A stretch of 59,932 nucleotides of DNA, filler included. It is 4 parts of 4 records of this genome, joined end to end, with 100 filler letters (N's around TTAATTAATTAA, not from the genome) between each part and the next. Parts side by side here need not be neighbours in the genome. Positions count along the whole stretch, not along the records: positions 16,438 to 32,857 come from SRR31156797_5660; 3 more parts are not named here. One strand, written 5' to 3'. Below the pieces are notes generated by a model, which searched no databases, was not told the origin of the DNA, and saw only the letters and a program-made list of their open reading frames with translations. Every line of letters starts with the position of its first letter. The stretch's first letter is position 1. Positions 20,321 through 30,051 of this stretch are shown piece by piece. A program made the position numbers and the translations under genes.

Positions 20321-22440
20321 TGAGATTCGAACTCTTCCTGAAAAAGAATAAACAGAAACTTCAAGGTCTGGCCTCGAAGAGAATATACTTGATTTCGGAT
20401 TACCCCGGGTTTCGTCTGCTTCACGACGGGCCGCCTCCCGGCCGCTTTTCGGAGGGGGAATTTGAAACGCTTTCATGTATTCTGAACTCAGATATCCTCG
20501 AAAGCCTGATCGGTCCCGTTCTCATTGACACGGCCAAGGCCGTCAGGATTGCGGCTGAAACGGAAGGAGAAGACTCTCTCAGATCGGCGCTCCTTTACTC
20601 GAGAATCTGCCTGACGGGAACCGACGGCATGCGCGGCCGGGTGGAAACGGATTACAGCGGGAACTGCATTGAAGCCCTTACGCGATTCGGCGTCATGACG
20701 CCGGAGCTTATCAAGCTCGCATCGTTTTCCTTCACGCGTATGCTGACTGAACTTGACAGGCTCCCGGAGGATGAACCGATCTGCGTCTGCAGCGACGGAA
20801 GAGACGTATCAACCGGAGGCAGACTGACCGAAGCTATGATCAGCGGATTTCATACAGCCCGACGGGTCGTGAGGGATATTGGCATTGCCCCCAGCCCGGC
20901 CGTGCCATTTGAGATGCTCAGAAGCGGATACTCAGCCGGAGCGGTCCTGACCGCCAGCCACAATCCGGCCAATCAGAACGGAATAAAATTCTTTTTTGAG
21001 GGTCGTAAGCTTCTTCCTGAAGGCCCCTGCGGCGATTACGCCCTTTCCGCCTGGATACTGGACTCATACCTCAAAGGCCTTCCGTTAGGGGAAAGCGGCG
21101 AAACCATAGAAGGAACAATCGATGCGGCCTTCACGAAGATGATGAGATATGCCCTGCCGGGGGATCTCGGCAGGATGCTGAAAGGCACGCTGATTATCCT
21201 TGATCATGCCAATGGGGCGTTTTCCCGAACCGCGGAAGATCTCCTTGACCAGATGAACCTCAGCTACCAATGCATTAATGCCAAACCGGACGGATTCAAT
21301 ATAAATCGCCGCTGCGGCGTAGCAGAGATAGAGGGGACGGTGGAATATCCCGCAGACCGCCGGGGTGTTGCTCCCGCTGTAGTCGCTGAATTGTTCAGAA
21401 GGGGAAGGGAGCGGAGGGAAAAGTCCTTCGCAATCGCTCTCGACGGGGACGGCGATCGGGGATTTGTGCTCTTCTATGACAGAGAGAACGACTGCGTTCA
21501 GGTCCTTGACGGAGATCGCTGCGGCTACATCGTCGCCGGATACCTTCTCGACTGCGGCCGTGGGACCTCTCTCGATCCGGTGATGCTTCTGACCGTTGAA
21601 TCCGACATAATGGCGGCGCGGTACGCGGCGGAGAACTACGGCATTGAGGTGAAAACCGTCAGCGTAGGCGATAAATGGATCTCAAATTACAGCGGAGGCA
21701 ATCTGCTCCTGGGGCTCGAATCCTCGGGGCATATAATCTTTCCGGTTAGAATACAGGATGAAGTGAATACAACACCCGATCTGATAACGGGTAACGGCCT
21801 GCTGACGGCTCTGACGACTCTCGCTGCGATTGCCCGTCTCAAACTGCCGGATGGGAAAATCGCTCATCCCTATCCTGCGGGCTTTTCCCGGACCTATTAC
21901 ACATACTTTGTTGACCGGGGGCTCTTCTACCGGGGTAGCGAGATATGGAATGAGGACAGGAGGATTATTGCCAGGATGTTCAGGGAGATCAGGGAGGCTT
22001 CTGGGGAGTTGGAAAAAGCCGACCTGACCTTCGAAGACATGGAAGACGTTCATATGCTGTATGCCTCCGTCAGAAACGGCGGCAGCCTTCTCGGCTCAAT
22101 CTTCTGCAGGAATTCGGGCACCGAAGACAAGACGGCTGTCTATATAAAATGCAGCAGGGAACTGAGAGGACAGCTGGAGCCGATCGGGCAGAGTCTGAGT
22201 GTCAATCACAGCAGGATGAAACCGGCCGGAAAGATGGAAAACCGTTTCTGCAAACGGATTATGGAAGTGCTCATGGCATCAGGGAGCAAGGATGCGGATG
22301 CGCTTAAAATCGACTGTTCGGAAAACCTCCAGCCCATTGGCGATTCAGACTTTAATGCGATTCTCTATGCCTTGAAGAAGGAAAACAGAATAGGAATAGA
22401 AAACAATACAATCAAAGCCAAGGAGTCATTCAATGCATAA
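20320..22440 (+). CDS. Alpha-D-phosphohexomutase (GlmM/PMM-like) with N- and C-terminal extensions
   Basis: GTDGMRG, LTASHNP (phospho-Ser), DGDGDR metal loop, GLESSGH. Confidence 0.85.
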   Translation: MRFELFLKKNKQKLQGLASKRIYLISDYPGFRLLHDGPPPGRFSEGEFETLSCILNSDILESLIGPVLIDTAKAVRIAAETEGEDSLRSALLYSRICLTGTDGMRGRVETDYSGNCIEALTRFGVMTPELIKLASFSFTRMLTELDRLPEDEPICVCSDGRDVSTGGRLTEAMISGFHTARRVVRDIGIAPSPAVPFEMLRSGYSAGAVLTASHNPANQNGIKFFFEGRKLLPEGPCGDYALSAWILDSYLKGLPLGESGETIEGTIDAAFTKMMRYALPGDLGRMLKGTLIILDHANGAFSRTAEDLLDQMNLSYQCINAKPDGFNINRRCGVAEIEGTVEYPADRRGVAPAVVAELFRRGRERREKSFAIALDGDGDRGFVLFYDRENDCVQVLDGDRCGYIVAGYLLDCGRGTSLDPVMLLTVESDIMAARYAAENYGIEVKTVSVGDKWISNYSGGNLLLGLESSGHIIFPVRIQDEVNTTPDLITGNGLLTALTTLAAIARLKLPDGKIAHPYPAGFSRTYYTYFVDRGLFYRGSEIWNEDRRIIARMFREIREASGELEKADLTFEDMEDVHMLYASVRNGGSLLGSIFCRNSGTEDKTAVYIKCSRELRGQLEPIGQSLSVNHSRMKPAGKMENRFCKRIMEVLMASGSKDADALKIDCSENLQPIGDSDFNAILYALKKENRIGIENNTIKAKESFNA

Positions 22441-24925
22441 ATACGGAGCCTTCGATAAGGACGGAAAATTCATCATCACGGACCCCCGTACTCCGGAGCC
22501 CTGGCTTCATTATCTGATAAGGCCCGGTCAGGCCGGAACAGAAACCTTCTGCAGCGGCGTCACTTATACGGGAGGGGGATTCGATGTCCGGGGAACCCAC
22601 GAAAATACATTTGTGGATACGATGCTTCACCTGAACGATGAAGATGATATGGGTCGCTATATCTATATAATGGACCGCGAAGAAAATGACCTGTTCACTA
22701 CAAGCTGGCAGCCGCTGAGAAGAGATGACCAAGGGCTTACAACCACATTCGAATTCGGAAAAATCAGCTTCGAAACCGAGCACAGGGGTATCAGGGTTAG
22801 GCAGCAGATGTTCGTACCCGGAGAATTCGACGGATGGATTCAGATGGTTGAAATAGAGAATACCAGTCTCAGGCAAAGGGTTCTGGAAGTATATCCCTTT
22901 GTCCCGATCCACATGGGGAATGCCCTGGAAAGGCTGCTCGCCGGTGATAATGACGGTTTCTTCGGCGGCTGTGCCTTCGACAAAGAGCTTGCCGGAATCG
23001 TTTTCAGAAGAAACCAGGGTATTCCGGTCAATGACGATTCGAAAGCAATCAGCGGAATGCTTGGAAACGTCGCAGTCTTCTATTCAAGCCTGAATACGGC
23101 TGAAACAGAATATGAGACCAATATGGAAGGTCTCTTTGGCGACCGCTTCCATAATCAATGCAATCCAGGAGCAATTCTGAAGGGAAAACTCTCGTCGAAA
23201 GACACGGCTTATCTCAGAAGAGCCTGCGGGGTATTTAAGAATGAACTGATTCTGGATGCCGGAGAGAAAAGGGAATTCGCCGTGGCTCTGATAGCCGGAA
23301 GCACCCGTGACTATTATCTGAATCATAAAGATCAGCTCCGCAGGTACATCTCGCTTGTCGATGATCCGGCCTGGAGGACCAAAAGCCTGCACAAGGTGGA
23401 AAGCTGGTGGAAGGAGATTATGGACCGCCTGAAGATTGAAAGCCCGGATCCAAAGCTCAACAACTCCTTCAGATGGCTTCAGTACCAGTGCGAAATAGTT
23501 TACGTATTGAACCGTATGAAATCGCGGTACCACACCGGTTATGAATACGGGTGGGGCTTCCGCGATATACTGCAGGACATCCTCTACACCCTGCCCTACC
23601 GGAATGAAGAATCCGTAGATATGTTCAAATTCATCTCAAGCCAGATGTTTTCGACGGGAAAGGCATATCACAACTTTTTCATTGATCAGCCGGGCAACAG
23701 CTCGATAGAAGCCTCCGATGATCCCCTCTGGTTCGTTGAAGCCCTGGCGGCCTTCGTAAAAGAGACCGGTAATTTCAGCCTGCTTGACGAAATAACAGAC
23801 TACGCCGAGGTCAGGGAAGGGACTGGAGAATACCGCGGCAGCATCCTGGAGCATGCAGAGAGATGCATTGAGAGCGTCTGGAACGCCAGAAGCGAAAGGG
23901 GCCTTCCCTTTATGAAGGACTGCGACTGGAACGATGATCTCAATGAAGGCAGGAAAGACGGTACGCCCAATGAAAGGATGGAATCGGTCATGGTCGCCCA
24001 ACAGCTCTATCATGCCCTGCTTGAAATGGCCGATCTGCTTTCGGCTTCCGGCAGAAAAGCCGGGATGATTGAAGAGTACAGACGGAGAGCGGCGGAACTC
24101 AAGGACGCTGTCATGAAATACTCCCTGGACAGCGCCGGTTACTTCAAGAGGGCCTTGAGCCTTGAACCCGGCCGCTCCGATACAGGCTCAAGCGAAAGCA
24201 GAGCCGCCAGAATCTTCCTTGAACCCCAAACCTTCGGCATAAACTGCGGGATAGCCGACGGCGAGATGGCAGATCAGCTCCTTGATACAGTCGAGGAGTA
24301 TCTTGATACCGATTACGGTGCGATGCTCTGCTTTCCCGTCTTCACAGACCTGGCCGAAAAGAATGTCCTCCCCGAATACAGCTGGGGCATTGAAAAGGAG
24401 CCTCCGGCTATGAAGGAAAACGGAGGTATATTCATGCATCTTAATGCCTGGCTGGTTCAATCCTACTGTATGGCGGGACGGGGACGCGACGCATTGAAGC
24501 ACTATATGAAAACGATCCCTGAGAACATGAGCTCCGATCAGGACCGTTATATGTCCGAACCCTATGTCTATCCGGAGTACGTTCGAGGACGGGGTATCGA
24601 CAGCCACGGACGCGGAGGTCATACATGGCTTACGGGAACGGCTCCAACCATGCACGCGTCTCTGACCCAGTATATTTTCGGCGTCCGGGCCGAATACGGT
24701 GGTCTCCGCATCGATCCCTGCGTTGATCCGGAATGGCGGGAATTTTCCATGGAGAGGCGCTTCCGCGGCGACACCTATCTGATCCGGTTCCAGAATCCCG
24801 ATGCGGTGGAAAGCGGTGTCGCCTCAATACAGCTCGACGGGCAGGCAGTTTCCGGAAACCTGCTTCCTCCCAAGGGGGACGGGAAAATCCATGAAGTCAC
24901 AGTCATTATGGGCATAACTCCCTGA
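22433..24925 (+). CDS. GH94 glycoside phosphorylase
   Basis: TPEPW, GFRDILQD, SDDPLW, DCDWND, KENGGIF, WLTGTA. Confidence 0.9.
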   Translation: MHKYGAFDKDGKFIITDPRTPEPWLHYLIRPGQAGTETFCSGVTYTGGGFDVRGTHENTFVDTMLHLNDEDDMGRYIYIMDREENDLFTTSWQPLRRDDQGLTTTFEFGKISFETEHRGIRVRQQMFVPGEFDGWIQMVEIENTSLRQRVLEVYPFVPIHMGNALERLLAGDNDGFFGGCAFDKELAGIVFRRNQGIPVNDDSKAISGMLGNVAVFYSSLNTAETEYETNMEGLFGDRFHNQCNPGAILKGKLSSKDTAYLRRACGVFKNELILDAGEKREFAVALIAGSTRDYYLNHKDQLRRYISLVDDPAWRTKSLHKVESWWKEIMDRLKIESPDPKLNNSFRWLQYQCEIVYVLNRMKSRYHTGYEYGWGFRDILQDILYTLPYRNEESVDMFKFISSQMFSTGKAYHNFFIDQPGNSSIEASDDPLWFVEALAAFVKETGNFSLLDEITDYAEVREGTGEYRGSILEHAERCIESVWNARSERGLPFMKDCDWNDDLNEGRKDGTPNERMESVMVAQQLYHALLEMADLLSASGRKAGMIEEYRRRAAELKDAVMKYSLDSAGYFKRALSLEPGRSDTGSSESRAARIFLEPQTFGINCGIADGEMADQLLDTVEEYLDTDYGAMLCFPVFTDLAEKNVLPEYSWGIEKEPPAMKENGGIFMHLNAWLVQSYCMAGRGRDALKHYMKTIPENMSSDQDRYMSEPYVYPEYVRGRGIDSHGRGGHTWLTGTAPTMHASLTQYIFGVRAEYGGLRIDPCVDPEWREFSMERRFRGDTYLIRFQNPDAVESGVASIQLDGQAVSGNLLPPKGDGKIHEVTVIMGITP

Positions 24926-24977
24926 ATCGATTATGCCGTGTTAGAATAAGCGCTGATTTTACACCACCGGTCGGGAG

Positions 24978-26765
24978 TTGCCTTTGAAACCAGGATTCTT
25001 TGTCGGCAAAATACTGAAAAACACAGGCATCAGCAGCAGGATAACGTTCTTCTACTGTATCCTGCTTATTATAACCATTACGATCAGCGGGCTCCTCTAT
25101 CAGAAGATATACGCCGGGATAATGCTGAAGAAGGTCAGTTCCGTTTCCATGCAGACCCTTCAGTCGATAAACTCTAACGTGCAGTCTCTCTTTCAGCTGG
25201 TAAACAACTATTCAATGATGTTTCTGCCGAATCATGATGTCCGGGATCTGCTGAAATCGGCTGAGGGATACAGCAACCTTGAACTGAACCGGCGGGTCGA
25301 TAACTTCATTAAGATGATGATGAGCAGCTTTACTGAGATATCGTCTATATATCTGGTCGATAATGAGGGGCATCAGTTCTATACGGATAACTTTGCAAAG
25401 GAGCTGCAGTCTCTGAACACTGATCCGGGTTCACGATGGTGGACACGGGCTGCCGAACTCAGAGGGAGTTCGTTTATGGTGCTGAATGGCGATGACGCTT
25501 TCTCTCACATACAGCCCAGGAATTTCATTTCCAACATCAGGGTTGTCAATAACATTGAAGACCAGAAGCCTATCGGAGCGGTTATTATAAATGTTTCCGA
25601 GACACTCTTTATCCAGGCTTACTCGGAAATTGCGAAAAACTACGAGACAAGGATAATCCTGCTGGATGAGAACAACAACAACATTATCAGAGACGTTGAA
25701 ACGGCGGACATACATATCGATGAACTTCTGGCCAACGCAGGCGATGAAGACAGCCATTTCATGTATTTCAATGAGGATAAACAACTCTATTCCTACCTGA
25801 AAATAGAGGATTACAACTGGAAGATCATCAGCATAATCCCTTACGGCGAGGTGGCGAAGGAATCAAAAATATTCATCCTCATAACCTCCGTTGTACTCCT
25901 GTTTATAGCTATTATAATTATCCTCAGTTCCATAGCCCTGAGCAGGCTTATTTCCAGACCCATCAATATCCTTGTCGCATCCATGAAAGATATGGGAACC
26001 GGGAATTTCAATAAGGTGAATATCGACACCACGATTGTCGAGTATATCAGGCTGAGAGACGGATACAATATGATGGTGGATGAAATTCACAGCCTGTTGA
26101 AAAGCGTTGTCGAAAAAGAGGAGTTCAAGCGGAAAGCCGAGATGAACATTCTTCAGGCGCAGATCAAACCTCACTTTCTGTACAATACCTTTGACTCGGT
26201 CAACTCGCTCGCGCTGATGGGCAGAAATGATGATGTGCACAAGATGATGACCGCTCTGGGAAGCTACTACAGGACAAGCCTGAGCAAGGGGAAAGAGATC
26301 ATAACAATCCGGGAAGAGATTGAAATGATCAGAAACTATCTGGAAATACAGAAGTACAGGTACGGCGATATACTTACTGTGATTTATGATACCGACAAGC
26401 GTATTGAAAAAATCAGGATACTGAAACTGATCCTGCAGCCCTTCGTTGAGAACGCCCTCTATCATGGTATCAAACCGAAAGGAGAGTCGGGGGAGATACA
26501 TGTAAAAACATGGCAGGATGACAAGGCTATCAAACTGATGATCAAAGACGACGGTGTCGGGATGAGCGGCAGAGAGTTGTCGGAACTGCTGCAGACCATG
26601 GAAACGAAGGACCACTCTGCCGGCTTCGGCACAGCCGGAACGGTTCAGCGCCTAAAGTTCTTTTACGACTGTGACGACATCTTCACGATCAAAAGCAAAA
26701 AAGGGGCAGGCACGGAAGTCATACTTACCATCCCGCTTTCAAAGGTAAACCTGTATGAAAGATGA
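24978..26765 (+). CDS. YesM-type sensor histidine kinase
   Basis: LQAQIKPHFLYNT, LQPFVENALYHG, DDGVG; two TM segments. Confidence 0.93.
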   Translation: MPLKPGFFVGKILKNTGISSRITFFYCILLIITITISGLLYQKIYAGIMLKKVSSVSMQTLQSINSNVQSLFQLVNNYSMMFLPNHDVRDLLKSAEGYSNLELNRRVDNFIKMMMSSFTEISSIYLVDNEGHQFYTDNFAKELQSLNTDPGSRWWTRAAELRGSSFMVLNGDDAFSHIQPRNFISNIRVVNNIEDQKPIGAVIINVSETLFIQAYSEIAKNYETRIILLDENNNNIIRDVETADIHIDELLANAGDEDSHFMYFNEDKQLYSYLKIEDYNWKIISIIPYGEVAKESKIFILITSVVLLFIAIIIILSSIALSRLISRPINILVASMKDMGTGNFNKVNIDTTIVEYIRLRDGYNMMVDEIHSLLKSVVEKEEFKRKAEMNILQAQIKPHFLYNTFDSVNSLALMGRNDDVHKMMTALGSYYRTSLSKGKEIITIREEIEMIRNYLEIQKYRYGDILTVIYDTDKRIEKIRILKLILQPFVENALYHGIKPKGESGEIHVKTWQDDKAIKLMIKDDGVGMSGRELSELLQTMETKDHSAGFGTAGTVQRLKFFYDCDDIFTIKSKKGAGTEVILTIPLSKVNLYER

Positions 26766-28374
26766 ATTAATCAAGGTGATGATCCTGGATGACGAGTACC
26801 TGGTCAGAGAACTTCTGAAGCGTTCCATCGACTGGGAATCCTTCGGTACCGAGGTCGTTGCCGAAGCTTCAAATTCAATGGAGGCTCTTGACGCCTTTGA
26901 AGACCTGCATCCTGATATTATCTTCGCGGATATATGTATGCCGGTGATAAACGGCATTGAATTCAGCAGAAGGATATTAAAAAACTATCCTCAGGTCAGG
27001 ATCGTCATACTGACGGGGCACGATGAGTTTGAATATGCGAAGGAATGTGTAAAAATAGGGGTAACCGACTTCATTCTGAAACCCATTAATGTCGAAGAGA
27101 TCAGCAAGGTGCTCAGGGATGTGTGCCGAAAAGTAAAAGAAGAAAGGAAGGCCGAAAGCGATTACCTCGAACTCAGGGAACAGATTGAAGACAATTTTGA
27201 ATATCTCAGGGAGAAATTCTGCAATGACCTCCTGTCCGGGGTGCTCACTGGCAGCGGGATTCAGAAGAAACTCGATTATTACAGGATAAATTTCATTCAC
27301 GACTGCTTCAGGGTCGCCGTTATTGAGCCTTCCTTTGACAGCAGATCGGCAAATACGTCCGAAGAATCCTCACTGATGCTCAGGATCAAATGCCTGAATA
27401 TAATCCGCAGGTATTTCTGCAATCAGGAGCATATAATCTCCTATATCGGGGCTCACGGAAATATTGTTCTATTGAAGAATAATCCTGAGAGTGATCTCGC
27501 CGAGCACTGCGAGACAATCAGAATCAATCTTAAAAACCGCCTCGGCTGTCTAGTCAGTATCGGCATCGGTAACAAAAAGAAAAGGCTGTCCGAAATCTCT
27601 GCCTCCTACCATGAAGCGAATACAGCTCTGGAGTATAAAATCATAGAGGGGCTGGACAATGTAATAGCCTATTCGGATATCAATATCATTAACGACAGCA
27701 AAGAGGTCCTGATCAGTGATTATCTTTCCGATCTGAGCTTCAACCTGCGTGCGGGACTCCTTGATAAGGCCTGCAGTATTATTAACGAAATCTTCGACTC
27801 TCTGCAAAATCAGTACAGCATCGATATCCTGTCCATCAGGATCAGCGCGTCAAATATTATTTCTCTCATTCTGATGATCATAAAGGAAGCGGGGATAGAC
27901 AGCCGGGAGGTTTTTAAACACGGGAAACAGCCCTATGATTATGTTTTCAGAATCGAAACCCTTCCCGAAGTCCGGGAGTATATTAAAGAGCTCTCCGGGC
28001 TCCTTGTCGACTCAATCAACAAGCTCACTTCAAAAAAGATCAGCAAGCTGATAAATGAGGTTACAGTGTATCTGAAGAAAAACTTCGCCAGCGAAGAACT
28101 GAACCAGAATATGGTAGCTGAAGAATTCAATATAAATTCATGTTATTTAAGTAGAAAATTCAAACAGGAAACAGGACAGACCTTCATAGACTATCTTTCG
28201 AGGCTTCGATTGGACAGGGCCATTGAGCTGCTCAAGAACACGAATTTGAAAAACTACGAAATAGCCGATAAAGTCGGAATAGCTGATCCGCATTATTTCA
28301 GTATTTTCTTCAAAAAGCACATGAATATTTCCATTTCCGATTTTAAAAAAAATATCAGTTGTCCCTCCTGCTAA
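26755..28374 (+). CDS. YesN-type response regulator (REC plus AraC HTH)
   Basis: ILDDE, DICMP, KP receiver motifs; C-terminal YLSRKFKQETG..YFSIFFKK. Confidence 0.93.
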   Translation: MKDELIKVMILDDEYLVRELLKRSIDWESFGTEVVAEASNSMEALDAFEDLHPDIIFADICMPVINGIEFSRRILKNYPQVRIVILTGHDEFEYAKECVKIGVTDFILKPINVEEISKVLRDVCRKVKEERKAESDYLELREQIEDNFEYLREKFCNDLLSGVLTGSGIQKKLDYYRINFIHDCFRVAVIEPSFDSRSANTSEESSLMLRIKCLNIIRRYFCNQEHIISYIGAHGNIVLLKNNPESDLAEHCETIRINLKNRLGCLVSIGIGNKKKRLSEISASYHEANTALEYKIIEGLDNVIAYSDINIINDSKEVLISDYLSDLSFNLRAGLLDKACSIINEIFDSLQNQYSIDILSIRISASNIISLILMIIKEAGIDSREVFKHGKQPYDYVFRIETLPEVREYIKELSGLLVDSINKLTSKKISKLINEVTVYLKKNFASEELNQNMVAEEFNINSCYLSRKFKQETGQTFIDYLSRLRLDRAIELLKNTNLKNYEIADKVGIADPHYFSIFFKKHMNISISDFKKNISCPSC

Positions 28375-28375
28375 T

Positions 28376-28438
28376 GTAAAAATACTAACAATTTTAGTAA
28401 AAATAATAAATTCATGTTTCAGGCCAGCTCTATATAAT
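28376..28438 (+). promoter_or_regulatory. 21-bp-spaced direct repeat and TATAAT -10 upstream of the SBP gene
   Basis: GTAAAAATA at 28376 and 28397; TATAAT at 28433. Confidence 0.65.
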
Positions 28439-28464
28439 GAGGTAAAAAAACAAAAGGAGAGAAG

Positions 28465-29727
28465 ATGAAAAAAAATATCTTTACAATTTTATTTCTGGCG
28501 GCAGCAGTGCTATGTTATTCCGCCGGTAATCAGGAGACGGAGAAGTCGGAAGGTCCGGTTAATCTGTTTCTGTGGGACATCATGGTGAGCGCTGATGACG
28601 AAAGAGCCATCAAGCCCGCGGTTGAACAGTGGAACAGGGATAATCCGGACATACAGATCATCAGGGACTCCCTTGACGATGAGGCCTACAAGATAAAGCT
28701 GAAAACCGCGATTGCTGCGGATGAAGCACCGGACATCTTTTTTACCTGGGGCGGCGGGTTTTCAAAGCCTTTCGTAGATGCGGGAAAGGTCCTTCAGCTT
28801 GACGACAGGGTTTCACAGGAGCTCCTTGACAGGACCATAGAAGGCGCTGCCGACTACGTTACCTACGATGGTAAGCTTTACGGCATGCCCTACAGCCAGT
28901 GGGTCGGGGTTCTCTACTGCAACAAAGAGCTGTTTGATAACTACGGTGTAAAAATCCCCGATACATACGGCGAACTGATTTCAGCCGTTAAGACATTCAA
29001 TGAAAACGGCATATCCCCCATCGGAGTGGGCGCCAGCGAAAGATGGACCGCTATGTTCTATCAGAACGTACTGGCATTGCGGACAGGCGGAGCCAAGCTC
29101 AATAACGCAGCCCTTACCGGCGAAGCGCCCTTTGATTCACCGGAATTCCTCGAAGCATCCCGGAAAGTTAAGGAACTCGTGGATCTGAACGCCTTCAACA
29201 AAGGCTATATGGGAATGAACTTCGATGAATTCAAAGCCCTTTTCCTTGCGGGACTGATTCCGATGGTTTACCAGGGCGACTGGCTTGCAGGCGATTGTGA
29301 ACTTGAAGACAGCGCTGTAAAGGGCAAAATTATTGCTACACATTTCCCGGCCATCGAAGGGTCTGACGCATCGCCCAGGGATTTCCTCGGCGGAGCGCTC
29401 GACAGCTTTATGGTAAGCGCCAATACCAAGCATAAGGAAGAAGCCGTAAGAGCCCTTGAATTCCTGTGCGAAACCCAGTCCAAACTCTGCTTTGAAAACG
29501 GCATGGGGATCCCCGTATTCAAAAGCGATCTGGATCTCTCCAAAACAAACAGGATAACCAGACAGATAATCGATCTCCAGAATGAGGCTACCGGCTTTGT
29601 GCTTGCCTGGGACACTTTCCTTGTGGGCGAAGATACCGAATTGCACCTGGATCTTGTTCAGGAACTCATCGGCGGAGTAATCACTCCCGAGGAGTTCTGC
29701 GCAGAGATGCAGACTATCAATAAATAA
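28465..29727 (+). CDS. Sugar ABC transporter substrate-binding protein
   Basis: Spirochaete-style signal (YSAGNQE), APDIF, DGKLYGMP, YCNKELF. Confidence 0.92.
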   Translation: MKKNIFTILFLAAAVLCYSAGNQETEKSEGPVNLFLWDIMVSADDERAIKPAVEQWNRDNPDIQIIRDSLDDEAYKIKLKTAIAADEAPDIFFTWGGGFSKPFVDAGKVLQLDDRVSQELLDRTIEGAADYVTYDGKLYGMPYSQWVGVLYCNKELFDNYGVKIPDTYGELISAVKTFNENGISPIGVGASERWTAMFYQNVLALRTGGAKLNNAALTGEAPFDSPEFLEASRKVKELVDLNAFNKGYMGMNFDEFKALFLAGLIPMVYQGDWLAGDCELEDSAVKGKIIATHFPAIEGSDASPRDFLGGALDSFMVSANTKHKEEAVRALEFLCETQSKLCFENGMGIPVFKSDLDLSKTNRITRQIIDLQNEATGFVLAWDTFLVGEDTELHLDLVQELIGGVITPEEFCAEMQTINK

Positions 29728-29750
29728 TCAGACGTAAAACAAAAAAATGA

Positions 29751-30029
29751 AATCCCGGGTAGCTTTTTGCTAAAGCAAAAGCTACCCCCTTTGGAGGGCG
29801 TGAAGGTGAGGGCTTTGGCTTAAGCCATCATATTATCCTTTCAGTGGCTTTTGCAGCGTCATAAGCCTTCCATGGGGGCGCTTCATTTAGCTGCCCGGTT
29901 TAATCTCAGGAGGATTGCATTCCCCGCCCCTTCGGGCGATAAGGAATGTCTCCCTCCACTGCAATACCCCGCTTTTAAGCGTAGCGATAAAAGTTTTGCG
30001 TTCAGCAAAAAGGCTCTGCCCCGGGGAAC
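29751..30029. repeat. Multi-hairpin intergenic element (REP/MITE-like or mRNA-stabilising)
   Basis: GGGTAGCTTTTTGC-TAAA-GCAAAAGCTACCC plus several more hairpins; imperfect inverted ends. Confidence 0.45.
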
Positions 30030-30051
30030 TTTATTTAAGGAGAAAACCGGA

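Noticed and set aside
29851-30051. N-terminal extension of the first permease in the ORF track
   Set aside because: Runs through the hairpin element; TTG at 30052 has a good RBS
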